The notes under the pieces were generated by a model. The model did not search any database. It saw only the letters and a program-made list of their open reading frames with translations, and was not told where the DNA came from. A DNA stretch of 63,701 nucleotides, counting the filler. It is 16 parts of 16 records of this genome, joined end to end, with 100 filler letters (N's around TTAATTAATTAA, not from the genome) between each part and the next. Parts side by side here need not be neighbours in the genome. Positions count along the whole stretch, not along the records: positions 8,835 to 12,588 come from SRR7504441_128067; positions 12,689 to 19,492 come from SRR7504441_128111; positions 19,593 to 22,614 come from SRR7504441_128200; 13 more parts are not named here. The stretch is one strand, 5' to 3'. The translations under genes were made by a program, and so were the position numbers. Numbering within the stretch: position 1 is the stretch's first letter; each line of letters starts with the position of its first letter. Of the stretch, positions 11,801 to 22,714 are shown piece by piece.

Positions 11801-12252
11801 CCTCATGCGACGATTGGCGGTTCGGCACATGCAAGGCGCCACCCCCGCCCCCTCCAGCACCGCCAGCATGTCCACTAGACTTCAATGATCAGACTTGCGC
11901 TGGCTCAGCCGGTGGCCAGTGCGATACGTCGACGTGGAAGTGCAACTGTCGCGAAGGGCGACAGGGCGATGCCTGTGAATTCGACTGTCACACACTCACT
12001 ATCCCCAACCCGAGACACGACGGCAAGCCTGTCGACATAGATGGAGGCAGCTCTGCAGCAGATCAACTGTGCAAGGAGACGTATGGTAGCCACAGCCGGC
12101 AACTACACTACAGCAAGAGCGGATGTGTCAATGAAGCTAGTTACATGGTGAAAGGTGGCACCTGTCAACACCATTGGTACAACTTTGGTGCATGTGTGTG
12201 CCACGCAATCATCAATGTTCAGTGCAGCAATCCAGCTGCTTACTGCACATAG
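8836..12252 (+). CDS. Large mosaic protein (5' partial): beta-rich region, amphipathic helical region, PSI-like and EGF-like Cys modules
   Basis: Uninterrupted >1130-codon frame from the contig start. PSI-like CNSYGSCTEC...CGWC...C, poly-Pro linker, EGF-like CAGSAGGQC...CNCREGRQGDAC. Confidence 0.85.
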   Translation, partial: VDFDIPLWSGANLQNISLTFTEADGQNMVFDIAATASILLPMSEHPKELQVEGKLANDIITVSSELFDSSRQVWSFQMQPGRRSSNTFDMHDLMIELAVPLAHPAESHATLSGTMEFDTVMLNMKMLMPSSDGTFCLLGDAAANQDTSNITALSAAAATGGALTPYGNTALFDKLASVAFVGAQFNFTFKPATSELDLFVAAQVLLFHGSELLDAELFVKKASGNELGVGFAVALSSQFQFSDIATGLQALDQYNWGYAVLCLSSYANQFFFPHMNRTVNMNAPGVSFDAIFPVTEHSSLAPLQKWYGSGDIQVYARFGADDDSLTIGSQLDFTWKWTDTVSMTSARLFFTVGQSKLMVSVDGTLSIINTADNSVVPFTGGLGFDFATSSIDAKFSMQADWEQPLGLKGVTLKQSELEGAINIETGIPTKFGVSSGLMIRHHSGSASVVIDVASPKNDLFAGEIDELDVAGIVRDLTFHTIPDSIDTTLFNMKASKIAASYSASPAPITYAGHTYAPGFHLEVDQLDLYDKLKGNGSIDVLPSAGVEVRASVAPFSIAMLTFEGFGSSSGNQLPMTLDVTVMKGKSVALGLSAEISIWQHDNLGVLLNVSDNGYEVQIDNHLIDNMLNASFDLKSVGPNSHPTDFSVTGSAEQSLCDWLSTEGVAYIENIKNAIEGQLTKDKEAVDTWFSNPDGQDALDKVDDQIDRAEQAMLGVFSAVQQDLAKAQQKLSDLIQANQKLSAQIAQEETEKRSCHWTDVACDVHNAWVDTKVEALRVEQGLKSAALNLAKDVVEGLKKSVEGASSVVVDADLDAKYAAKATLSAAQFVVDAALNASKTLTADIGQLTEYAASKASTAINLKEISFSGELSTINGDGSLSCRLQGVFFGHVLDRTFSTKFGDSQTILKEIQDMMKKKWISSDIQVANGTGTDPGSGGSVFDFCNSYGSCTECNGAKSQDGTSCGWCQLSDEDGICSAGSAQGPATEAGISSCDDWRFGTCKAPPPPPPAPPACPLDFNDQTCAGSAGGQCDTSTWKCNCREGRQGDACEFDCHTLTIPNPRHDGKPVDIDGGSSAADQLCKETYGSHSRQLHYSKSGCVNEASYMVKGGTCQHHWYNFGACVCHAIINVQCSNPAAYCT

Positions 12253-12688
12253 GATCTGCTGACACTGTAAGAATCCGCCGACAAGTTTCCTCGGTACAAC
12301 TTCGGTACAACACGCAAATGGCGCATTGCATGCCTGGCAAGGCACACAAACAAGACAAACCCTGGAAGAGTTAGAGAACATGTACATTTATTTCCAATGA
12401 TGTAAATCATCAATGAACAAAAATTAGAATACTATATATATATATGACTCCGGAACAGCTTTATTCAAGTACCGGTAAAGGTCCTACGAGTATCAACTCT
12501 ACCTCTATGGGTCGCATAGGTTTGCCATATTAAATGGCCGTAATGGCTTAGTTCGGTATGCGCTGGCCAGGGCTGCCCGAGCGCAGGCNNNNNNNNNNNN
12601 NNNNNNNNNNNNNNNNNNNNNNNNNNNNNNNNTTAATTAATTAANNNNNNNNNNNNNNNNNNNNNNNNNNNNNNNNNNNNNNNNNNNN

Positions 12689-15600
12689 AGGCTCTGTGGG
12701 AGGCTCTGTGGGAGGCTCAGTTTCAATTTGCTTCACAGCAATGCTCAACACTGTTTGGCTTGTGGTGGTTTTTGGAAGGGTTGTGATGCCAGCGCCCACT
12801 GTCTTGGAGAACACATGCAACAAATTGCCACTGCCGTGATTGGTGCCGATTGTTTCATCATGATTCAACCGAACAAAACCTGCATTTGGTAAACTCGATA
12901 CGAGGCCACCATCACGGTTATTACGGTCGCCTGATTCGACTGAGACAAACAAAGTTGCAGCCGAATTTACTGTGATGGTAATTTCCGTGTTCCTGTCAAT
13001 GTGCTTGTGTGGCCCCACGAATAATGTAGCATCCTTCATCTCGTCAGGGACGCTCTGTACTCTGTAATTTCGATCGTCCCATATGAGAGCCCCGGTATTC
13101 AGAGTCGCTTGTGAATTTCTGATCCCATGGACAGATGATGTAAAATCGCTGAGAAGCCGCCGAGAGCTCTTCTTCTGTCCCTGTACATCCAGTAACTGGT
13201 CTGTTTCTTCTGGTTCCTCGCAATAAAAGTCTGCGGCATATCTGTGCGGCCCCTCAACCATTGTTTCATCAGTGTCTGAAGGCTGATCTGCTGCTCGCTT
13301 GTTGCTCCGGCCGAGGTAGCACTTCTGACCATTGTCGTTTCGTGTATATATTGGTGACTCCTGCTGCAACGGCGTACAAACAACCCCAATGTTGTCATTT
13401 CCAGGTTGTCGATCATTGTTGACTTCGGAATTGCACTGGGCTATAGTGTGCTCGGTGCTGGAGCAATCAATATCCCCCATAACTTGTGGTGCGACCACCT
13501 TGGCATAGCATGTTGTGCATCCTTCTGAAGTCGTCAGAGTGCACGTGTCCCCATTCAGACAACGGATTTTACCCTGGTCGGTTGCATCAGCATTGCCATC
13601 AACCACAATGTCGTTAACACCAGACCCAATGGCGCAATCCTCACAATGCATCGAGTACGTCGGGTATTGCTCGTCATCCTCACAATGCCCCCAGGAGCTG
13701 GTCAACTTGTGGCACCACCTGACAGACCCAGACCAAGCATCGTTGTTCTCATTTCTGAGTGAGACAGTTGGACAATGGTCCAGACACGACTCCCACACTG
13801 TTTCGCCTTTGCTGAACAGCTGTGAACTTATCTCTTCTTCGCCATCAATTATAACCGTGAGATAACCATCGTTCTGGTCATCATTGCCAGTCACAATTCT
13901 GATGCATAGTCCCCGCTCATTATGTCCCTCGGTGAAATACCCATGGTTTGTCCAGGAAAAAGTCAGTGGTACTCTCAATGATCCAAAAAAATCCACGGCC
14001 GTTGTCATGGTGATTCGATTCGCGGATGACGACGATCCGTCTTGGTCGCACAAACCTTCTTTGGTGTGGCAGTAAACGACAAAAGAAGACCTTCCCCTTC
14101 GCTGGAAACCGATGCACGACGGTTGTTTACGACACTTCTTTTGCATCACCAGGGTATCAGATGCTTCGAAAATTCCATGGGGTGGAATCTGCAAGCCGCT
14201 GTCCCGACATCCACCAATCCCGATGCCTCTAAAGTCACCACTCCTGTCACCGAAAACGCCACCAGTTGTCGCCTGGAGTGCTGAACCAAACCCAAGCTGC
14301 CGGCAAATGACCTCTGCACCTTTGTAGGCCTGCTGGTTCCCGTCGGTTGAACCTCCTTGAGTCCAGTCTTTGTCGGCAACTCTCCACAGTAATATAACCA
14401 TCATTATAAGTGCCACCTCCTGTTACAATCCTGACACAACTGTTGTGGTCGTCTGTTCTGAAGTCCAAATCAACTCCTTTCGGATAAGGCTCGTCAAGGT
14501 CATCAATGATCCACCGAGGCCCAACATCCGCTTGATTGCAGTCTGGATCCCAATAGATTGATGCAGTGTTGTCATCTGATCCGTACCAGAACCGGTTATT
14601 ACCCCCATCATATGGTTTGACGTCTCTGGGGTAAAATTTCTTGCTGAAAATGGCATTGTCATTCGTACATGTGGTTCCACTTATTTCAAACGCTGTTGCT
14701 ATCGTTTTACCTGCTTGATTACACACACTATTGCTAGTGGTGCAGTATACTTTGCAAGTATTAAGGTGACAAGTGAATCCTTTGCACGATTCAGAGTTGC
14801 GACACCAATCCTCAGTAGGCCCTGGACCACCCTGATAGCTTCCCCAATATGGATGTACAAACGTTGTTTGATCACCTTGACCTGAATCACTAGCTATGTC
14901 CTCTCCACGGCATTCTCCTCGTCCAATCAGCTCGAAACGAGGTTCTGTTGAGGTTTGGTACACTTCGACTCTGCCTCCTCTGCCCTGGCTGTTGCCCTTG
15001 GATGAATGGTCAACCAGTCGGACTGAGCTTGACACTATTGTATCCAAAGACTCAAACTCACATTCTATGCTCACATCCTCCGTGTGTTTACAGTCATGCA
15101 TTCCATGCGAACCATGCATTGACCTACTTGAGGTATACAGTCCTTCTTTGAGAGGACAGTATAACAAACCTGCCTCATTGCCATTGCAACCAACTTCATC
15201 CAAATGGATCGGGCCTTGACCGGGGCCGTAATGAGCAGTAGTAGCACCACTAGAACTACCGTAAATATGAACAGCATGACCCATGCCAAGCTGCCGACAG
15301 ATCACATGTGCAGACTCTGCGGTAAATCCATCGTCGCACACAGTCCCCCAATCGCCATTGATCAGAACTTCCACACGACCTGCATTTCTCTTGTTGTCTC
15401 GGTCGTTGACTAGTCGAACAAACGACCTAGTATCTGCTTTGACCATGCAGTCCCCAAACTGGCTATCACCATTACCAGTAGTCACATGAGAGGCACCTGT
15501 ACCTTTATGAATGCAAAGCCCACCAACAGCAGTGCAGTAAACAATAGCACTGGTTTCCGAGAACGAATATGCCAAACATGAATCGTCGAGAAGACACTGA

Positions 15601-18600
15601 GTCTGCACCGTAGCTTCGTCAGCCTCGAGGAATGCATGTGGAGGAATTTTCTGGTCTTGATTGATACATTGGCCTGATCCAGCAGATGACCACCGCTGTG
15701 GCACCTGGGAGTCCGTCTCAAAGGATGACCACAGTTCTTCCGAAAGATTGCATTGGACATCTACTCCGTACTGATTCGAGCCTTCATCTTCCTTAGATGT
15801 GCTTGGGTCATATGCAGTGGCTTGATTCCTTGGCCCCACTCCCACTGCACAGATATTTGGCAATTGTGAGAACCCTGGCGGCGCAACGTCGGATGACTGG
15901 TGGTCCTCGAGTGTGCACTCATCGGTGCTGTGAAGATCCCCGATGACCAACTTGTTACCTTGCAGCGTGAATGCAGCTCCCTCAGGCTGGTTGCATTGGA
16001 ATTCCATCCTCTTTATCGTGGTTGGTTCAGGCGGATCACAATGCGTGTCAGATTCTTCACACTCCCTAGCCGGAACTTCCTCCTCTACCATCACCAACCC
16101 GCACTTTTGCTCGTCCACTGTGGTAGACATCTGGAATGCATCTAATCCCCACTCAAGTCCGCATGTAACACCTGAGAAGTCAATTGACACCCGTCCCATC
16201 TCGCTGGATGTGTCGTCGTGCTCCAACGTGGTCCCATCAGACGGCCCAACTGCATCTTGCTCCTGAGCACCAGGGGTGTTCCCGCCACACCCGAGCTTGG
16301 CATTTGGGAAGCACGAGTTGGCCGGTTCCGCAGCATAGGTCAAATCGCATTCAGATCCATGCAAAAATGCTTTAGTTCCGTCTGCGCTTGCAAAGAACCC
16401 TACACCGTCGACTGGGCTTGCTGCACAGTCAAAGGCAAGAACGCCGTTTCCTGTTGCTACCAGAGGGCATGCAGGTTGACCAGCACGTATTGGTGCAGAC
16501 AGGGAGAAGTCTCCAGGACCGCTGATCCGCAGGTGGTATGAGTGGTCAGACCAATATGCCTTGTGTCCGCCATTCCACGTACTGCTGCGAGCTGCGAGCC
16601 AGCGGCCTCCGATTTTGATCTCAGTGTCAGTGGAAGAACTTTGGATGTGGACTGGGTCTCCCTGACCAGCTCTACAGTCAAACACCAGATGGTTCACATT
16701 TTGAGAATATTTCATGTAGCACTTTGACCCCAACACATATGCAAGGACATACCTGATACACAATGGTTAATGCTACTAACAGTCCCCAACAACAGGCAAT
16801 TCTACTGGCACAGATTAGCACTTAATCCTACTATTACCGATCAGTGCCACGATGCTCAATCTGAAGCTTGTGAGAATCGCCATCGCAACTAAACCAGCCA
16901 GCACGCAAGTTGTCGCCACATTTCAGTGTTTGATGGTTGTTATTGCTTTGTCGGCATTCGGCAGGACTGCATTCGTGATCGATCTTGATGCCGCAGTTCG
17001 TTTTGTAAGGCACATTCATCCACAATTGGAAGTTCCCGCCTTCTTTGTCACATCCCAGGCCTTGTGCACACACTTGTATAGGATTCGCCTGGCCTTGACT
17101 TGTTTGCTCGAACACCGCTGGGTAGTTCTTAGCAAGCAGCTTGGAACCATACGCGCCTGCTCTTTGGTCGAACTTTTCTTGGAGGGCAAGCTGTTGGCCA
17201 TTTGGCCCCGTTGCCACAAGCCTCCCGTCATCGTCGAATTTGAGTTGTCGCTTCCAATCATCAGGAACCTGTCTATCCCCTGTGATTGCGCCGAACAACG
17301 CAGCTTGCGCATTGTCTATTTGATAGCTGTGCGTCATTAGCCACGCCGCAACATCTTCCGCAATGCAGTGATGGCGATTATAATAATAATTGAAATCTTC
17401 AGTGAAATACTTTCCATATGTGAGGATAAAATCACCATCAAAAGTGTTCACTTTGCTGTCAGTCAACTTGAGCTCTGCTTGCAGAAGCTTTTCCCCCTGT
17501 TCGACTCCACACTGGAATGTGGCTCGCTTCGTCTGATAATCATTGTCAAACTGGTAGCAAGTCCCCACAGTTTTCTCTTTACGCAGGAGACACCGCCGAA
17601 TCTTGCCATCCTCGTCATCAGCACGGTTACCTCCCCACATTTGAAGCTCGAAAGGACTGCCATGGCCGGCAGGATGTTTCATCGCGCAAAACAACCAATC
17701 GGGGATAAATTTACGAACACTTAGATCAGGGAATCCCCAGTACTCGCCGACTTGAGAGACCTCCTCTGGGAATGCTGGTATGTTGAAGCTCAGAAAGTGA
17801 CTGAAAATGTTGCCGATCTCGCCAAACGGGTTTTCAAACTTGAATGTATTTGTAATCTCATGAGTGACCGTATCTGCAAGGCCATCCACGAAACTGAAAG
17901 CGGGTTCCAAGATGGCTTCTATTAGGTCGAAGGCCCATCCGAGTAAGTCCTTGATGAAACCGGATACTGTTTCCATAACCTCTCTTCCAGTGAAGCACTC
18001 TTCCCCAGCAAATGGCACATCCACGCAAAACTTTTTATCCAACACACCCATGACCGTGTTGAGTGGGTCACCAGCTGTGCTTATGAACTCGCCAAAATCT
18101 TTCAGTTTCTGGATGACTTCATCGAGGAATTCGATGATTTGCGGAGAAACTGAGGCCGCGAAGTCCTGGAATGCTTCTCCTGCTAATTGAAACGCCGAAT
18201 TTGGAGAATTAAAGACATCTCTCATCTTACAGACCACCTTGTCAATCTCATCTGCTGCCCAGTGGAGCCGTTTACACTCAGATGCTGACTTGTCCATACA
18301 CGTAAGCAAATCCATGACGTCAGTGTTGATTGGGTCAGCGACAGATTTGATCATTTTGAGTCCTTGCAAGGTCGCATACATTGCAGTGTTACCAACATTG
18401 CAAGTTGTGCATATGTATGAAGCCAGGGTATATCCCGACGATTTCCTGGCATCACAAGCTTTTTGGTCTATGTAATCCGCCTTGTCATGCACTGACTCAC
18501 TTACCTTGCCCATCATCCTGATGATTTTTTCAAACATAGGGCCCACCGTTGGGATTGATTTGAGCAGAGCTTTCATCTTCTCCAGGAAGTTAAAGGCCTG

Positions 18601-19180
18601 TTCCATCACCCACGATTTCTCTGAGGCCTCCTCAGTAAAAACTGTCGCCTCATTCACTTTTTTCACGAAATCACACCAGCTTTGCAATTCAGTAAAATGG
18701 GTCTGCGCAGCTTTGGCCATAGCAGCTTTGATGATGTCGTCCTTCGGTTCGTCTGCAGATGGCATTGCGTCGGTCAACATCTTTTTCATATATACGCCAG
18801 TGTCCCACATGATGAAGTTCCAGAAGTCACTGGTGTACATTTCCATCACACATTGTTGAGCATGGTCCGCTTTTGCCCACGCGGGACAAGGATTTGTTGG
18901 CGGCGTAGGGTTTACCGTGCCAGATTGTACCAATCCATAATAAAACCTATTCGCCTTCATTCCATACCCTGCTGCCTTGTAAACTGTTTTAAACATAGAG
19001 TCCGTGACATCGTTGGAGTTGGCATCTGGGTCGATCTCAGGGCACTTATCATATTTGCGACCGTCTTCTTCATTCCCGCCGACCTGCTTCCACGAAGGCT
19101 TGGGCTGAATTCCTTTTGTTTTGACTTGCGCTTGGATCAACTCCTCGATGCCAGCACACCAGTTCGCCGTGCACCACTCT
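12689..19180 (-). CDS. Giant Cys-rich mosaic protein with SRCR domains (3' partial, 5' end unresolved, frame break at ~14381)
   Basis: ORFs 16834-19140 and 14247-16763 are joined by GT-AG intron 16753-16837 (HRGTDR-YVLAY). Intact SRCR at ~15055-15425 (VRLV...GRVEV...WGTVCDD...VICRQLG...IHLDEVGC...DVSIEC). Continues in ORF 12641-14416 to PTEP repeats. Confidence 0.8.
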
Positions 19181-19592
19181 TTGATACGTGATCAGGAGTT
19201 GCACGGGGGTCTCTGGGACTGAGCGCTGCGTCACATAGATTGTCGGGCTTGACGAGAGCTTGAAGGCGAAATGTGCTGGGAGACCCCTGAGATGTATGCA
19301 CAGCCTCACATTGTTGATATCGAGTACAGACACAGACACGCACCTCGAAGGGGAATGTTCCGGGAGCACGGAGCCACTGGGTGGTACTTCAACGGGAGAT
19401 TTCGGCTGAGTGAGCTGCGAGCATCACGTGATTTAGCATTGGGAGCAGCGGTACCGCAGCGGTGCCCTCTGGGATGACTCGGTCTGCTTCGANNNNNNNN
19501 NNNNNNNNNNNNNNNNNNNNNNNNNNNNNNNNNNNNTTAATTAATTAANNNNNNNNNNNNNNNNNNNNNNNNNNNNNNNNNNNNNNNNNNNN

Positions 19593-21440
19593 CTGTGGGC
19601 TGGCAGCAGACCGGATACACAGAGGGGCCCGGCTGGTCCTCTGCAGCGGCCGCTGCGCCGTCCAAGACAGACTTGGCCAACCTTCACCAGAAGATGGAGC
19701 CCCCGATTCAGGTGCTGAATCTGGTGCCGGCCAGCATGCGGCCGGTGCCCAACTCGTCCAGCTTCGTCGGTGGGTTCGCAAAAGAGATCATGGGCGGTGT
19801 CCGTCTCTCTGTGCAGGACGGGTCTGCCGGACAGACGGTGCACATCGTGTGCGGCGAGTCGCTGATCGAAGGGGTCGTGGGGTCCACTTGGGGCTGGGAG
19901 TTCGACTGGACACTCCGGGAGGGCGCGCAGGTCTTGGAGCAGCACAAGTACATGGAGTGCCGGTTCGTACAACTCACGTTCAGCGGCCGAGCGCCCGCGC
20001 AGTTTGCACTTTCCGGGTGGCAGCTGCACTACCCATACGAGGATGCGGATTCGCACTTTAGCTCGAGCGATCCTATCTTGAACGCTGTCTGGGAGCTCAG
20101 TCGCTACACGCTCGAGGGCGCGTCTCTCGACACGTATACGGACTCAAACACTCGCGAGCGCCGGCCTTACGAGGCAGATGGCATTATCGCGGCCACCGCG
20201 AGGCTGTTGGTGCAGAGGGACGTGCTCTGGGCGCGGCATTCGCATGCCTGGGTGATCAACGATCCGACCTGGCCGGTGGAATGGCAGCAGCTCAGCCCGT
20301 TCCTCGGGTGGCAAGACTACATGGCCACGGGTCAGCCTGACTTGTCGCTCGCCTTCATGCAGCAGATGCACGACAGGACTAAGATCAGCTTCCTGGACTC
20401 GACAGGCCTGCTTGAAACTGACAAAATGGGCCGGCACATTGTGAGCCAGCGCTTTTGACTGTGCTCTGACTGCTTGGCAGGTCGACTGGATGCCGGACAC
20501 CCCCAGCTCGTCCGGGGAGCGCGACGAGACCGTGGGGTTGGGCGAATTCACGGCCAGCAAGCACATGTCGGTCTCAAACGGTTTCGCCGCGCACGGGCTC
20601 GATCTGCTCTCGCAGGTTGTCAAGGCGGGCGGGCGCGAGCAGAACGCCACGCAGTTCGCGGCTGAGTCACAGGCACTCCGTGAGAACATCAAGAACCAAA
20701 TGTGGAATGGGACGCACTTTTGTGACGGAATCTGCTCCGAAGTGAACGGAAGTTCGCTGGTGATGAGCAACATGTTCTTCCTGGTCTTCGGGATGGTGCC
20801 AGACCAGAATGTGGCCGATGCCTGGAAAGTGGTCGCCGACTGGGGGCTCGAAAAGATAGGCGACTACGGCGCCTTCTGGTACCTGACAGCTCTGTCGAGC
20901 GGCTATTACGCTCCTGAGTATGATACGCCCGGTGACGGCTCTGCCATCTTGACTGCCCTGACCAAGTGCGACCGTTACTCCTGGTGCAGCGGACTGAGAG
21001 ACGACAATTTGACCATGACCCGTGAGTCTTGGCATCAAGGGACCTACTCGCACCAGTGGGGCACCTCTCCGATCGTTGGAGTTGTTTTTGGATTGATGGG
21101 GGTGCACGTCACAGCGCCAGGCTGGGCCAACTTTACAGTCAAACCGAAACTTGGCAGCCTCGGTCACGCTTCGGTGCTGGTTCCAACCCTGCGTGGCTTC
21201 ATTTCGGTTGATGCCAAGCCCTCCAGTCTGGAGGTTGGGGTCCCGTGCAACACGGCTGCCACCTTGTGTCTGCCTCGCTCTTCTCAGGACACCACGCTCT
21301 TGACTGTTGAGAATGCACGCATGCTACTCGATGGTCAAGAGGTCGAGGCCGTCAATCAAGGCGAGCACTTGTGCGCGGCACAGCCAGTGAGCTGTGGCAA
21401 GGACGGCGCGAAACGCCAAGTAAGCGCGCAGGCTCGGTAA
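19593..21440 (+). CDS. Alpha-L-rhamnosidase (GH78), 5' partial, one intron ~20441-20480
   Basis: YMECRFV, FSSSDPILNAVWEL, YTDSNTRERRPYEAD, IVDW, TMTRESW and SHQWGTSP motifs, plus C-terminal VPTLRGFISV. Confidence 0.9.
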
Positions 21441-21806
21441 GCAACAAGCATGTACTCGTACACGTATACGTATAGCACAATGTCATGTATTATGCATTCA
21501 TGAGTGAATCTCACAAGATTAATTAAGTACATGTACAAGTACATCCATGATGATACATCCACATGTGAAATGATATAAAAGGAATCCACAAGTCACTTCA
21601 TACACGTATTAATTTTATGGACGGCTCGCATAGGCTCGCACGCATGATCATGGATTTATTCAAGTAGCACTTACATGATTGTAAGAAGCACCAACTGGTA
21701 GCCTAGTTGTCGACTTCCTCAGGGACTTTTATTCTCGATAGCTATAGCCACAGCTGCAGACGGGTACTCGTATATCTCACTCGACTTTCCCACCATGTAC
21801 ATTACG

Positions 21807-22570
21807 TCAGCGCGAGTGAAGAGTAAGTAGCACCCCCGTACGCGGTTGCAATGCTAGCCCCACTAGTCCACCCATCAGCCCCCCGCTTTGCACCATCGGT
21901 ATACTCGGCGCCTCCACAATCAGCTGAGACTCTGAAGATGCGTTCCATCCTCGCACTTTCGACTGAATTTTGTTCAAATCTAGTGTGAGATCAAAAGTAG
22001 TATTCACACTGGCCCAGCTTGCTACTGCTAGAATGACATGCCCTGGAGCTGAGACAGCCGGCTGTACAAGATAAGCAGTGGCTTTGATGTCAGGGTCCGT
22101 GCTTGTGACCACAGAGTGCCAGTCCGGCTGATCTGCCCAATAGCCTAGCATTTCGGTACTGTTTGCTGACATTCCTGACTGGTCGATCCATGCCCACAAG
22201 TGCTGATTCTGTACACCCTGAGAGTACGGCGGTCGCCCCCACATCCCAAAGACAAGTCCACGATGAAGATTGACGTCATTCAGCATGTCATTAAATACTC
22301 CGAACTGCAGGCCAGAGGTGGCAAGTAGCATCCAGTCTGCATCCCCGCAAATCCCCGACGTCAGGTTGGTGCACGGTTTGGTGCCACCGTCGTCAAAGCC
22401 CTCACCTGCGACAGGTCAGCCATCAATAGCTCCTGCATGTGTGAAGTACTGACCAAACATAACCGAGTCCATGAGAGACATGTGCTGAGCATACTCCAAC
22501 ACGTCGATCTCTCCTGCGCCTGATGGCCAGCGGTTCCCACAGTGGAGGTCGAGCATGCCGCGGCTGCCTG
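21807..22570 (-). CDS. DUF6067 / GH123-related glycoside hydrolase C-terminal part, with introns
   Basis: Spliced: MLDLHCGN...DSVMFGEGFD...DWMLLATSGLQFGVFNDML...RGLVFGMWGR...MLGYW...KATAY...LAVASW. Confidence 0.7.
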
Positions 22571-22714
22571 AACATAAAACAAGCATGAATCATTCAAGGG
22601 GTCGATTCCAAATGNNNNNNNNNNNNNNNNNNNNNNNNNNNNNNNNNNNNNNNNNNNNTTAATTAATTAANNNNNNNNNNNNNNNNNNNNNNNNNNNNNN
22701 NNNNNNNNNNNNNN

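Noticed and set aside
19180-19492. In-frame TGA upstream of the giant protein as Sec/Trp readthrough
   Set aside because: Alternative intron and frame choices avoid it, and there is no homology or SECIS support. The 5' structure is simply unresolved.
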